A DNA stretch of 64,000 nt from Deltaproteobacteria bacterium RIFCSPLOWO2_12_FULL_60_19 (GCA_001798595.1 MGSS01000037.1:33477-97476), one strand, 5' to 3'; positions 40,482-50,863 are shown, counted from the first letter of the stretch. Notes: generated from the letters alone by a model not told the origin. A program made the numbers and translations.

Positions 40482-42008
40482 ATGCACGACGATCACGATA
40501 ACGAGCACGACCACGAGCACGGCGAGCCGTATGAGATCGGCCCCGACACCATTGTCGAAGACATCGAAGGGCTCGAGATGTTCACGCTGCGCAGCGTGGG
40601 CATCGACATCGGCTCCTCCACATCCCATCTGGTTTTCTCCCACCTGACTCTCAGGCGCGAGGGGGCGTCCCATTCGGGCCGCTTCCGCGTGACCGGCCGC
40701 GAGGTGCTCTATCGCTCCAAGATCATGCTGACGCCCTATCTTTCCGGGACGCTGATCGACACGGAGAAAGTTAAGGACTTCATCCACTTGGCTTACCGGG
40801 AAGCCGGCTTCACGCCCGACGATATCGATACGGGAGCGGTGGTGATCACCGGCGAGGCGCTGAAAAAAGAAAACGCCCGGCCGATTGTCGAATTTTTCGC
40901 CAAGGACTCGGGCAAGTTTATCTGCGCCTCCGCCGGCCCGAACCACGAGGCGCTGTTGGCCGCCTACGGCTCCGGCGCGGTCGATCTCTCCAAGCGGGAG
41001 AAGACGGCGGTGCTGAATGTGGACATGGGCGGCGGCACGACCAAGTTTTCCCTGATTCAGGACGGGATTGTGGCCCAGACCGCTTCGATCAACATCGGCG
41101 CGCGGCTGATCGCCTTCGACGACTCGGATGTCGTCACCCGTGTCGAGGACGCGGGCCGGGACATCATGAGACAGCTCGGCTATAGCGTCGCGCTGGGACA
41201 GAAGGTAACGGCCCAGCAAAAGGAGGATTTCGCGGCCTTCATGGCGGAGGTTCTCTTCGAGGTGATCGACGGCGGCCCCACTTCCGCGCTGGCCAAGAAG
41301 TTGATGGTCACCGAGCCGTTCAAAAACTACCGCGGGCTAAGCGATATCGGCAGCATTGTTTTTTCCGGCGGCGTCTCGGAGCACATCTACGATCACGATC
41401 GCACGTCCTACGGCGACGTCGGACCGCTGCTGGGAAAATATGTGAGAGAGCAGTTGAAGAAGTTTTCCAGACCGGAGCTGCTGCGCGAGCCGAACGAAGG
41501 GATCCGCGCCACCGTCATCGGCGCGGGGGAGTACACCATCCAAGCCAGCGGGACGACGAGCTATATTTCGAGCGCCAAGGCGCTGCCGGCCTTCGGCTTG
41601 AAGGTCATCCGCGTCCCGCTCAATGGGCAGGATTCCGCGGCGGAGAACCTAAGACAAGGGTTGGCTAAATTCGACCTCCCCGCTTTTACTTCGGGCCTTG
41701 CCCTGGCGTTTTCGCTCGACGATCAGCCCGACTACCAGTCGATTAAAAAAATCGCCGAGGGGATCGTTGCGGTAGTGCGCGACTCCGGCGTCAAGACTCC
41801 GCTTTATCTCGCGCTCGACATCGATGTGGCAAAATCTTTGGGAGCGATTCTCAAGGAGGAGCTTAAACTCGCGCCGGAAGTGATCGCCGTCGACGGGATC
41901 GATGTCGGCGACCTGGACTACATCGACATCGGCCTCCCCATGGGGATCACCGAGGTGATCCCGGTCACGGTCAAGTCGTTGATGTTTCCGTCGACGCAGT
42001 TGGGCTAG
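40482..42008 (+). CDS. EutA-like ASKHA-fold ATPase with His/Asp-rich N-terminus
   Basis: SVGIDIGSSTSHLVFS, DTGAVVITGE, AAYGSGA, NVDMGGGTTK, GIRATVIGAG, DYIDIG, PVTVKSL. Confidence 0.85.
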   Translation: MHDDHDNEHDHEHGEPYEIGPDTIVEDIEGLEMFTLRSVGIDIGSSTSHLVFSHLTLRREGASHSGRFRVTGREVLYRSKIMLTPYLSGTLIDTEKVKDFIHLAYREAGFTPDDIDTGAVVITGEALKKENARPIVEFFAKDSGKFICASAGPNHEALLAAYGSGAVDLSKREKTAVLNVDMGGGTTKFSLIQDGIVAQTASINIGARLIAFDDSDVVTRVEDAGRDIMRQLGYSVALGQKVTAQQKEDFAAFMAEVLFEVIDGGPTSALAKKLMVTEPFKNYRGLSDIGSIVFSGGVSEHIYDHDRTSYGDVGPLLGKYVREQLKKFSRPELLREPNEGIRATVIGAGEYTIQASGTTSYISSAKALPAFGLKVIRVPLNGQDSAAENLRQGLAKFDLPAFTSGLALAFSLDDQPDYQSIKKIAEGIVAVVRDSGVKTPLYLALDIDVAKSLGAILKEELKLAPEVIAVDGIDVGDLDYIDIGLPMGITEVIPVTVKSLMFPSTQLG

Positions 42009-42024
42009 CGGCCCGCGGCGGAAC

Positions 42025-42891
42025 ATGGCCGAATACTTCGCGCTGCAGGCCGCGCTCTTTTTTGCCTCTTCGCATATTCTGATCCGGCGCGGCCTGGTCT
42101 CCTCGAACGCGCTGACCGGCTCGGTTATTTCGCTCGGCCTTTCGGCTCTGACATTATGGATCATGGTTCCATTTTCCGTGCCTTTGTCGGCCTTCATGAC
42201 CTCTGCGAGCTGGTATTTTCTGGTAGCCGGGCTTTTTGCGCCGGGTCTCGGGCGGACGCTCACTTACGTGGGGATCGAAAAGATCGGCGTGGCCCGGTCG
42301 GTGCCGGTTTCCAACTGCTCGCCCATCGTCGCGTCGATTCTCGCCGTGGTGGTTTTGGGGGAGGAGTGGAGGCCAAGCAATATTTTGGGTACTTGTCTAG
42401 TCATTCTGGGGATCGTGATTCTCTCAACCGGCCATTCCGCCAAGGGAAGTTGGCGCAAGGCCGATATGATCTATCCGGTGCTGTCGGCCATCGTCTTCGG
42501 CATCTCAACCAACCTGCGCAAGCTGGGCCTCATGATCAGCAACCTTCCGCTGATGGCTGCGGCCTTGACCGCGGCTACAGCGATCATTTTTGCCGGCGGC
42601 ATGGTGTGGATGCGAGGGGGAGTGCGGGAGTTGCAGTTCACGAGGGCGAGCCTGGGTTGGTTCTTCGCCGGCGGGCTCGTGAACACGGCGGCGATGCTGT
42701 CGGCATTTTACTCGCTGAGTTTCGGCAAGGTGGTCGTCGTGGAACCTTTGATCTCGACCAACCCGGTTATCTCCATCGTGCTGTCCGCGATTTTTCTGAG
42801 AGACCTCGAGGCGATTACGTCGCGCGTGGTGTTGGGCGCGACGCTGACCGTGATCGGCACGCTCCTCGTCATGGCGGCGGCCAGATGGTAA
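42025..42891 (+). CDS. DMT/EamA family transporter
   Basis: About 10 TM helices, two EamA repeats. Confidence 0.85.
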   Translation: MAEYFALQAALFFASSHILIRRGLVSSNALTGSVISLGLSALTLWIMVPFSVPLSAFMTSASWYFLVAGLFAPGLGRTLTYVGIEKIGVARSVPVSNCSPIVASILAVVVLGEEWRPSNILGTCLVILGIVILSTGHSAKGSWRKADMIYPVLSAIVFGISTNLRKLGLMISNLPLMAAALTAATAIIFAGGMVWMRGGVRELQFTRASLGWFFAGGLVNTAAMLSAFYSLSFGKVVVVEPLISTNPVISIVLSAIFLRDLEAITSRVVLGATLTVIGTLLVMAAARW

Positions 42892-42943
42892 TATGTAAAT
42901 GGGAATGATTTGGGCGACACAAATCTACGGAGGAGGAAGTTAG

Positions 42944-44071
42944 ATGGCAAGCGGCATTGAAACGGTTCGCAACATGTGGAGCAAGCATTTCACCTACGAC
43001 GAGTGGATGGAGTCGCGGGGCGTGCCGATTTATCGGGGGTACTACATTGCGGATTTACGAACGCTGGAGCTGGGCTGGTGGGAAGAGCGGCAGTGCAACA
43101 CCGCTTTCATCCAGCTCACGGGACAGGAGGGGGTAACCGCCGCCCGCGTGACCGAGATCGCTCCCGGCAAGACGCTCCCACCGGTCAAGTTTGCCCTCGA
43201 TGAGATTGTCTACGTTGTTGAAGGCCGCGGCCTCACGACGCTCGCGGCGGCTGGGGGAAAGTCGAAAAAGAGCTTCGAGTGGCAGAAGCACAGCATGTTT
43301 CTCATTCCTCACAACAGCCGGCATCAGTTCAGCAACATGCAGGGAGATAAGCCCGTGCGCCTGCTGCACTACAGCTATCTTCCCCTTGCGTTGTCGGCGG
43401 TAAGGGATCCCAATTTTCTCTTCTCCAACCCCTACGAGGCGCCCGAAATCGGGACCGGTCAAGAGGCGGATTTCTATTCCGAGGCCAAAATGGTGAAGAA
43501 CACCACCCTCGACGCCTCATGGTACAGAAATGTGTATTGGTACGGCAATTTCTTTCCCGACATGCGGGCCTGGGACAAGCTCGACACCAACGAGAGAAGA
43601 GGCGCCGGCGGCCGCAGTGTCTATATCCAGTTTCACGATTCGGAGATGTCCTGTCACATGTCGCTGTTCGACTCGCGGACCTATAAGAAGGCCCACCGCC
43701 ACGGCCCGGGGCGCGTGATCGTCATTCCGGTCGGCGAAGGCTACTCGATCATGTGGGAGGAGGGAAAAGAGAAAGTGGTGGTGCCGTGGCATGAGGCGAG
43801 CATGTTCGTGCCGCCGAATAAGTGGTTTCACCAGCACTTCAACGTCGGCTCGACGCCGGCGCGCTATCTGGCGCTCCATCCGCCGATGCAGTTCCACGGC
43901 CACGCGGAAAAGGTCGAGGACCGGGCGAAAGACCAGATCGAGTATCCCGACGAGGATGCAAGCGTTCGGCGCAGGTTTGCCGAAGAGCTCTCAAAGCACG
44001 GCCTCACGAGCCTGATGCCGGAAGAGGTCTATAAGGACAAGAACTTTCAGTGGTCGAAACCGGCCGCGTAG
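42944..44071 (+). CDS. Bicupin protein, paralog 3
   Basis: KAHRHGPG...WFHQHFN; GGAGGA RBS. Confidence 0.85.
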   Translation: MASGIETVRNMWSKHFTYDEWMESRGVPIYRGYYIADLRTLELGWWEERQCNTAFIQLTGQEGVTAARVTEIAPGKTLPPVKFALDEIVYVVEGRGLTTLAAAGGKSKKSFEWQKHSMFLIPHNSRHQFSNMQGDKPVRLLHYSYLPLALSAVRDPNFLFSNPYEAPEIGTGQEADFYSEAKMVKNTTLDASWYRNVYWYGNFFPDMRAWDKLDTNERRGAGGRSVYIQFHDSEMSCHMSLFDSRTYKKAHRHGPGRVIVIPVGEGYSIMWEEGKEKVVVPWHEASMFVPPNKWFHQHFNVGSTPARYLALHPPMQFHGHAEKVEDRAKDQIEYPDEDASVRRRFAEELSKHGLTSLMPEEVYKDKNFQWSKPAA

Positions 44072-44087
44072 CGCGGGCCTGAGCGAC

Positions 44088-44185
44088 CTCGGGGGCAAGC
44101 CCTTCCGGTCGACGGCAATATGGCTGTACTTTTAGGCAACCTTCGCGTTCGGTGCCGTCGCCCGTCACGGCTCGCCCCCTCGGTC
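44088..44185 (-). repeat. Structured hairpin repeat, family A, copy 3
   Basis: Reverse complement GAGGGGGCGAGCCGTGACGGGCGACGGCACCGAACGCGAAGGTTGCCTAAA... matches copies 1 and 2. Confidence 0.88.
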
Positions 44186-44206
44186 TGCTGCATCGCTATC
44201 GGTATT

Positions 44207-44341
44207 GCCCGCTTGGGGTCTCTCGGAGGGCCTACGCGTGGGACGAAGAGAGTCAAGCGTATTTCAGAGGTACTCTCGGTTCTGAGGGGCAGCGTGACAC
44301 CGACATATCGCGTCGGCCCGGAGAGAGATTCCCAGGCGGGC
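44207..44341 (+). repeat. Family-D hairpin with a different internal cargo
   Basis: GCCCGCTTGGGGTCTCTCGGAGGGCC...GGCCCGGAGAGAGATTCCCAGGCGGGC arms, homologous to 30464-30624. Confidence 0.8.
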
Positions 44342-44375
44342 TGGCTGCAGTAGGTCCTCCGTTCTCTCTGGCCTG

Positions 44376-45284
44376 TTAACGACTCAGCAGCGGCAGCACT
44401 TTTTCTCCAAACAGATCGAGCTGTTTGGGATCAGGCCGCGCCAGGCCGATGATCAAAGTGTCGAGCCCTTTGGAGAAGAACAGGCGGATGCGCTCGGCAC
44501 AGGCCTCCGGGGCGCCGACCGGAAAGGTCTTTTCGACATCCATCCTCACCTTCCCGTAATAGCGCGTAAGATAAGCCGCGCAGTCCTCCACAGCTTTGGC
44601 CTTGTTGTCATCGATCGACATGTAGGTGAGGCCGGCCTTTTCGATTGTTTCGGGCTTGCGGCCTGCGGCTAAGGCGAAGCCGGCAATCTTCTCCCACACC
44701 GCAGGAAACTCTTGAATCGCCGAACTTCCGCAGATGTAGCCGTCGGCTAACCGTCCGGCGCGTTTAAGCGCGATTTCCGCCCCGCCTCCGGTCCAGATCG
44801 GAGGGTGCGGGCGCTGTATCGGGCGCGGGCCGATCGTGACATTTTCGATCTTAAAAAATCTCCCCTTGTGTGTGACATTCTCCTCCGTCCAGAGCCGTTT
44901 CATCAGCTTCACGGCCTCCTCGGCGCGACTTCCGCGGTGCTCATAGGGAATTTCCACCGCGGTAAAGTCGTTCTCGCGGCTGCCGAAGCCGACGCCCAGA
45001 GTGAAGCGGCCGCCGGAGATGAAATCCAACGTCGCAACCGTCTTTGCCAGCAGCGTCGGATGTCTTGAGCCTACCAGCAGAACCGAAGTCCCAAGCCTGA
45101 TTTTTGTGGTGGCGCCTGCCGCCGCCGCTAACAGCGTGAGCGGCTCCAGGTTGTCGTAGGCGATCCGGTCGATCACCCAGAGCGAGTGGAGACCGATCGC
45201 TTCAGCCTTCTTTGCCAGGGTCGTGACATAGCCCGGCTGAATCTGCGGCGCCGGATTGACAAAACACAAACCGATCTTTCCCAT
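44376..45284 (-). CDS. LLM-class flavin/F420-dependent oxidoreductase
   Basis: IRLGTSVL, LAKTVATLD..SGGR, PHPPIWTGG, RAGRLADG. Confidence 0.9.
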   Translation of the reverse strand: MGKIGLCFVNPAPQIQPGYVTTLAKKAEAIGLHSLWVIDRIAYDNLEPLTLLAAAAGATTKIRLGTSVLLVGSRHPTLLAKTVATLDFISGGRFTLGVGFGSRENDFTAVEIPYEHRGSRAEEAVKLMKRLWTEENVTHKGRFFKIENVTIGPRPIQRPHPPIWTGGGAEIALKRAGRLADGYICGSSAIQEFPAVWEKIAGFALAAGRKPETIEKAGLTYMSIDDNKAKAVEDCAAYLTRYYGKVRMDVEKTFPVGAPEACAERIRLFFSKGLDTLIIGLARPDPKQLDLFGEKVLPLLSR

Positions 45285-45455
45285 CTGTGACTCTCCTTCT
45301 AAAGCGGAATGCGCTTAGGCTTAGCATCAAACCATAAGTTCCAGGCAGAATGCAAAACGAGAGCGCCAACGGTTGCTTGACAGCAGCCCTACCCTTCAAC
45401 TAGATGACTGTAGCGGATGCGCAGTCTGCCTCGCCCTTTCACGCAAGGAGGTGCT

Positions 45456-46472
45456 ATGCGACGATTTATTTTTTGCCTGATGGTTTGGACTGGCCTGCTC
45501 TTGTTCCCCCAGTTTATCCTCGCTCAGCCGGCGCCTGCCGAGCGGGCCAAGCTCATCGAAGAGGCGAAGAAAGAAGGCAAGGTGGTGGTCTACGCCGCCT
45601 ACTCGACGGCCGATGCCAACGCCTTCAAGGCCGCGTTTGAGAAAAAATACCCGTTTATCCAGTTCGAATATTTCCGCGCCGGCAAGGACAAATTGCTTGC
45701 GAGATATTTAACCGAGGTCAAAGCGGGCCGGTTTTTTCCCGACGTCTACCAGTCCAGCATTTTTCCGGTCATGACGCTGCAGCAGCGGGGTCTGCTTGGG
45801 AAGCATAACTCGCCGGAGCGCGGCGCGTATGCCGATGCGTTTAAAGATAAAGAGGGCTACTGGACGGCGGCCTACGTCAACGCCATGACCGTTGCCTACA
45901 ACACCCGTTTGGTCAAACCCGACGAGGTGCCGAAGAGCTACCAGGATCTGCTGCTGCCCAAATGGAAGGGAAAGTTGGGGATGGACCTCAACAAAACGGA
46001 ATGGTACGTCGCGATGCTCCAGATGATGGGCGAAGAGAAGGGAAAAAAATACATGGAGGCGCTGAGCAGGCAGGATATCCAGCCGCGCGACGGCAATACC
46101 ATCACCGGGCAGCTGCTAGTGGCCGGCGAGTTTCCCCTGGTCGTCTCGCAGTATCCTACAAGTGTCGAGGAGCTTAAAAAGCTCGGCGCGCCGATCGAGT
46201 GGGTGGCGCTCCAGCCGCACTTCGTCTATTCCATCGTCATCGGAGTGACGGCGAAGAATTCACATCCGGCCGCGGGCAGATTATTCGTCGACTTTGTGAT
46301 CTCTGAGGAAGGGCAGAAAGTCATGCGGAGCCTGAGCCGTGTTCCGGCGCGCAAAGACGTTCTCCCCGATCCGCCCCGCCTCATTCAGGGCCATAAGCTC
46401 CTGGTCGTAAACCCGGCCTCGAGCGAAGATTACAACCGCTACAACAACGAGTACCACAAGCTTTTTCGCTGA
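45456..46472 (+). CDS. ABC transporter substrate-binding protein (Fe/thiamine/AfuA-like family)
   Basis: AAGGAGG RBS, signal peptide, EAKKEGKVVVY, YNTRLV, LLLPKWKGK. Confidence 0.88.
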   Translation: MRRFIFCLMVWTGLLLFPQFILAQPAPAERAKLIEEAKKEGKVVVYAAYSTADANAFKAAFEKKYPFIQFEYFRAGKDKLLARYLTEVKAGRFFPDVYQSSIFPVMTLQQRGLLGKHNSPERGAYADAFKDKEGYWTAAYVNAMTVAYNTRLVKPDEVPKSYQDLLLPKWKGKLGMDLNKTEWYVAMLQMMGEEKGKKYMEALSRQDIQPRDGNTITGQLLVAGEFPLVVSQYPTSVEELKKLGAPIEWVALQPHFVYSIVIGVTAKNSHPAAGRLFVDFVISEEGQKVMRSLSRVPARKDVLPDPPRLIQGHKLLVVNPASSEDYNRYNNEYHKLFR

Positions 46473-46566
46473 AAAGATCACGAAACTCTCCGGTTCGCGC
46501 GCCGGCCGGTTGCGTTTTCCCTTGTTGCCTTAGAGCGCGAAGTTGTTAAGATATTCGCGCCCTATC

Positions 46567-47943
46567 ATGTACAAAGAAGATACCATAGCCGCGATCGCCA
46601 CTCCTCCGGGTGAAGGGGGCGTGGCTATCGTGCGCGCGAGCGGGCCGGACAGCGAACGCATCGCCAAAGAAATATTCCGGCGCTCCGGCGGCAGAAACGG
46701 CGCGCTGCGCTCGCACACGCTACACTATGGGACGGTTCAAAATCCCGAGAGCGACGAGACGCTGGATCAGGCGCTTGTGGTTTTGATGCGCAAGCCGCGG
46801 AGCTACACGGGCGAAGACGTTTTTGAAGTTCACTGCCATGGCGGGCCGCTGGTGGCGCGCGCGATCCTCGAGCTGATCCTCGTTCGCGGGGCGCGCCATG
46901 CCGAGCCGGGTGAATTTACCAAGCGGGCATTTCTGAACGGGCGGCTCGATTTGGCGCAGGCGGAGGGAGTGCTCGATCTGATTCGGGCGCGGACGCGCAA
47001 GGGGATGAGTCTCGCGTTGGATCAGGCGCAAGGCGGCCTGTCGAAATGGGTCGGCGAGTTGCGCGAAGAGCTGCTCGATATTCTCGTGCAGGTCGAAGCG
47101 TCGATCGATTTTCCCGAGGAGGAGATCGAGCTGCTCCAACGTAACCAGCTTGCAGGAAAGATCGGCGCGTTAAAAGAAAAGGTATCGGAGCTGATCGCGA
47201 GCTATGAGTGGGGCAGACTGTTTCGCGACGGCGCGCGGGTCTGTATCGCGGGGCGGCCCAACGTCGGAAAATCAAGCCTGCTCAATGCCCTGCTCGGCGA
47301 AGAGAGGGTGATTGTGACGCCGGTGCCCGGAACAACCAGAGATGTGGTCGAAGAGACCATCAACCTGGGCGGGCTGCCGGTTGCGCTGAGCGACATGGCG
47401 GGGATACGGGAGACCGAAGATCCGGTGGAAAAAATCGGCGTCGAATTTTCCTTGAAGCGCGTCGAAGCGGCCGACGCGACACTGGTAGTTCTCGACGGTT
47501 CTGCGCCGCACACGGCGGAGGACCGATCGGTCCTGGAGGCGGTGCGGCAGAAGCGTACGCTGGTGGCGATCAACAAGAGCGACCTGCCGCAGGCGATCGA
47601 CTCCGGTTGGGTTGCTGCGACAGCAGGCGACAAGCCGCTGGTTTCGGTTTCGGCAAAACAGGGCCTGGGGCTGGATAAACTAAAGCAGCAGCTGAGAAAC
47701 CTGCTGCTAAATCTTCCCTCGGAGCCTCCGCTCATGGTGACGAACCTGCGGCATAAAGTGGCCCTCGAAAAAGGGGAGCGAGCGCTTACTGCGGCCATGG
47801 AGGCGATACGAGACGGGTTAGCGCCGGAGTTGATCGGCGTGGAGCTTCAGGAAGCGAAAGACGGGCTGGAAGAGATAATCGGCGCGGTTACTAACGATAA
47901 TATTATAGAACGTATTTTTGAGAGTTTTTGCATTGGAAAATAA
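46567..47943 (+). CDS. mnmE: tRNA modification GTPase MnmE
   Basis: DTIAAIATPPG, GEFTKRAFLNG, GRPNVGKSS, GTTRD, C-terminal FCIGK. Confidence 0.97.
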   Translation: MYKEDTIAAIATPPGEGGVAIVRASGPDSERIAKEIFRRSGGRNGALRSHTLHYGTVQNPESDETLDQALVVLMRKPRSYTGEDVFEVHCHGGPLVARAILELILVRGARHAEPGEFTKRAFLNGRLDLAQAEGVLDLIRARTRKGMSLALDQAQGGLSKWVGELREELLDILVQVEASIDFPEEEIELLQRNQLAGKIGALKEKVSELIASYEWGRLFRDGARVCIAGRPNVGKSSLLNALLGEERVIVTPVPGTTRDVVEETINLGGLPVALSDMAGIRETEDPVEKIGVEFSLKRVEAADATLVVLDGSAPHTAEDRSVLEAVRQKRTLVAINKSDLPQAIDSGWVAATAGDKPLVSVSAKQGLGLDKLKQQLRNLLLNLPSEPPLMVTNLRHKVALEKGERALTAAMEAIRDGLAPELIGVELQEAKDGLEEIIGAVTNDNIIERIFESFCIGK

Positions 47944-48012
47944 TAAGTTATAAAATCATAAATATCAAGTATCGCGCAAAAGATCTAGGCTTTGGTTTGG
48001 AGATGATAGGAT

Positions 48013-48028
48013 TGTTTCACGTGAAACG
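48013..48028. promoter_or_regulatory. parS centromere site
   Basis: TGTTTCACGTGAAACG, 15/16 match to TGTTTCACGTGAAACA. Confidence 0.88.
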
Positions 48029-48036
48029 AGGCAGCT

Positions 48037-49905
48037 GTGGATAAGCGCTATGACGTTATAGTGGTCGGCGCCGGCCATGCGGGTATTGAGGCGGCAATGG
48101 CGAGCGCGCGTATGGGCTGCCAGACGCTCATGCTGACCTTGAATCTCGACCACATCGGTCAGATGTCCTGCAATCCGGCTATTGGCGGGATCGGCAAGGG
48201 ACACCTGGTCAAAGAGATCGACGCTCTGGGCGGCGAAATGGCTCGAGCCATCGACGAGACCGGCATCCAGTTTCGGATATTGAATACTAAAAAAGGGCCG
48301 GCGGTCAGGGCTTCTCGCGCGCAGGCCGACAAAGCCTTGTACCGCCAGCGGATGAAGCGGGTGCTTGAGAACTGCGAAAATCTCACCCTCAGGCAGGCAA
48401 GCGTGGAGCGACTGTTGGTAGAAAATGGCCGGGTTGAAGGTGTTGAGACGCAGATCGGCGAGCGCTTCTACGGCCAGCGCACGATCTTGACTACCGGGAC
48501 TTTTCTCAAGGGGCTTATTCACGTCGGGGATAAGAATTACTCAGCCGGGCGGGCTGGCGATTTTGCAGCCCAGGGGCTAAGCGATTCATTGAGAGAGCTT
48601 GGCTTTAAAATTGGCCGACTCAAGACCGGGACTTGTCCGCGGCTGGATGGCAGAACGATCGACTTCTCGAAAACGCAGCCACAGAAGGGCGATGATCCTC
48701 CCCAGCCTTTTTCCTTTTCGACCGAGAGGATTATTCAGAAGCAGGTGCCGTGTTACATAACCTACACCAACAGCCGGACGCACGAGGTCATTCGCTCGTC
48801 GTTGCATCGCTCGCCGATGTATTCGGGCACGATCAAAAGCCGTGGCCCCCGCTACTGCCCGTCCATCGAAGATAAGATCGTCCGTTTCGCCGACAAGGGC
48901 CGACATCAGATCTTCCTCGAGCCGGAGGGTGCAGACACGGTTGAAATCTATCCCAATGGCTTGTCAACTAGCTTGCCACTCGACGTGCAGATCGAAATGG
49001 TTCGATCGATTGAAGGGCTGGAGCGGGCGGAGATCATGCGGCCCGGCTACGCAATCGAATACGACTATGCAGAGCCGACGCAGCTCTATCCGTCGCTCGA
49101 AACCAAGCTGGTGAAAAGACTGTATCATGCGGGTCAAATCAATGGAACGACCGGGTACGAGGAGGCGGCGGCGCAGGGAATCATGGCCGGAATCAACGCC
49201 GTGCTCAGCATCCGCGGCGAGGAGCCGCTTATCTTTTCCAGGGATCAGGCCTACATCGGAGTCCTGATCGACGATCTGGTGACTAAAGGAACCGACGGCG
49301 AGCCGTACCGCATGTTCACCTCACGCGCGGAATATCGGCTGCTGCTGCGCGAAGACAACGCGGATCTTAGGCTGACCGAAATCGGCCATAGAGTCGGTCT
49401 GGCGACCCTAGAAGCCTACGTGCGAACACAGAACAAGAAGACCAGAGTGGGCGAGCTGGTAGAGCTGCTTGAGCGGAGCGTCGTAAGCCCGACGGAGGCG
49501 GCTAATGCACGGCTTGAAGCTTTAGACTCCGCGCCGCTACGCGGGGCGACGTCGCTGGCGCAATTGCTGCGTCGGCCCGAGGTGTCGGCCCCCGACCTGG
49601 CCGGTTTCAGCTCTACGCTCGAAGCAACTCCGGCAGCCATAGCCCTTCAGGCCGAAGTCGAGATAAAGTACCACGGCTATATCCAGCGCCAGCTCGAGGG
49701 TGTTCAGCGGTCTAAAAATCTGGAAGCGCTCCGTCTGCCTGAGGACATCGATTATGCCGTGGTCTCAGGGCTGTCACGCGAGGCCCGGGAAAAACTCTCG
49801 CGAATTCGCCCGCGCTCGCTAGGGCAGGCTTCGCGCATCGCCGGGCTTACCCCGGTGGCAATCTCGCTGCTGTCGATCTACCTCAAAAAGCGCAAGCTGG
49901 CCTAG
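48037..49905 (+). CDS. mnmG: tRNA uridine 5-carboxymethylaminomethyl modification enzyme MnmG (GidA)
   Basis: GAGHAG, MSCNPAIGG, GPRYCPSIEDK, GQINGTTGYEEAAAQG. Confidence 0.98.
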   Translation: MDKRYDVIVVGAGHAGIEAAMASARMGCQTLMLTLNLDHIGQMSCNPAIGGIGKGHLVKEIDALGGEMARAIDETGIQFRILNTKKGPAVRASRAQADKALYRQRMKRVLENCENLTLRQASVERLLVENGRVEGVETQIGERFYGQRTILTTGTFLKGLIHVGDKNYSAGRAGDFAAQGLSDSLRELGFKIGRLKTGTCPRLDGRTIDFSKTQPQKGDDPPQPFSFSTERIIQKQVPCYITYTNSRTHEVIRSSLHRSPMYSGTIKSRGPRYCPSIEDKIVRFADKGRHQIFLEPEGADTVEIYPNGLSTSLPLDVQIEMVRSIEGLERAEIMRPGYAIEYDYAEPTQLYPSLETKLVKRLYHAGQINGTTGYEEAAAQGIMAGINAVLSIRGEEPLIFSRDQAYIGVLIDDLVTKGTDGEPYRMFTSRAEYRLLLREDNADLRLTEIGHRVGLATLEAYVRTQNKKTRVGELVELLERSVVSPTEAANARLEALDSAPLRGATSLAQLLRRPEVSAPDLAGFSSTLEATPAAIALQAEVEIKYHGYIQRQLEGVQRSKNLEALRLPEDIDYAVVSGLSREAREKLSRIRPRSLGQASRIAGLTPVAISLLSIYLKKRKLA

Positions 49906-49973
49906 GGAAACCACCACAGCTGGCCGCTTCGGGTCATTTCGTTCTATCGGTGAAGGTATAGCTCTCAGCATCC

Positions 49974-49989
49974 AGTTTCACGTGAAACA
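49974..49989. promoter_or_regulatory. parS centromere site
   Basis: AGTTTCACGTGAAACA, 15/16 match, directly upstream of parA. Confidence 0.88.
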
Positions 49990-50042
49990 AATTTCCTCTT
50001 TCTTTTTTCTGGCGACTGTGATAAAAACTAATGTAATATTTA

Positions 50043-50055
50043 TAACATATTGATT
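50043..50055. promoter_or_regulatory. Putative IHF-binding site upstream of parA
   Basis: TAACATATTGATT is the reverse complement of the WATCAANNNNTTR consensus, within an AT-rich tract. Confidence 0.45.
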
Positions 50056-50068
50056 TAATAGAGTTTTT

Positions 50069-50863
50069 ATGGCAAAGATCATCGCGATAGCCAATCAAAA
50101 AGGGGGCGTGGGGAAGACCACCACGGCGGTTAACCTCGGCGCCTCGCTGGCGGTCGCGGAAAAGAAAACGCTCATCATCGATGTCGATCCGCAGGGCAAC
50201 ACGACCACGGGCCTGGGGATCGAAAGAGCAAGCGTCCAGCATAGCCTCTATCAGGTGCTGATCGGCGAGGTTTCGCTCGCCGCGACGGTGTTAAAAACCG
50301 AACTCGCCTGTCTCTCCGTCGCTCCATCGACCAAGCATTTAACGGGCGCGGAGATCGAACTCGTGACTACGGAGCGGAGAGAATCACGGCTGAAAGAGGC
50401 GCTGCGGTCGATTGAGCAGTCATTTGACTACGTGCTGCTCGACTGTCCTCCGTCTCTCGGCATCCTCACACTGAACGCGCTTACGGCCGCAAAGTCCCTG
50501 CTCGTACCGCTCCAGTGCGAATATTACGCGCTTGAGGGACTGACCTCGCTGTTAGAGACCCTCAAACTGGTTCAGCGCGGCTTCAATCCCGAGCTCTATC
50601 TCGAAGGCATTCTGCTGACGATGTTCGATAGCCGCAACCGTCTTTCCCATCAGGTGGCGGAGGAGGTTCGCGCCCATTTTCCCGACCGCATTTTTCGCGC
50701 CGTGATCTATCGCAACGTTCGCCTGAGCGAAAGCCCGAGCCATGGAAAGCCGGCGCTGCTCTACGACGCTCACTCGAGCGGCGCGCAGAACTATCTGGAG
50801 CTCGCCAAAGAAATCATCCGTAACGGAGAGGAGAATCGTCGTGCAGAAAAAGGGACTGGGTAA
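50069..50863 (+). CDS. parA: Chromosome partitioning ATPase ParA/Soj
   Basis: NQKGGVGKTTT, DPQGN, DCPPSLG, QCEYYALEG, RNVRLSESPSHG. Confidence 0.96.
   Translation: MAKIIAIANQKGGVGKTTTAVNLGASLAVAEKKTLIIDVDPQGNTTTGLGIERASVQHSLYQVLIGEVSLAATVLKTELACLSVAPSTKHLTGAEIELVTTERRESRLKEALRSIEQSFDYVLLDCPPSLGILTLNALTAAKSLLVPLQCEYYALEGLTSLLETLKLVQRGFNPELYLEGILLTMFDSRNRLSHQVAEEVRAHFPDRIFRAVIYRNVRLSESPSHGKPALLYDAHSSGAQNYLELAKEIIRNGEENRRAEKGTG

Noticed and set aside
40482-42008. Calling this a true eutA of ethanolamine utilisation
   Set aside because: No eutB/eutC or microcompartment genes nearby; gene symbol withheld.
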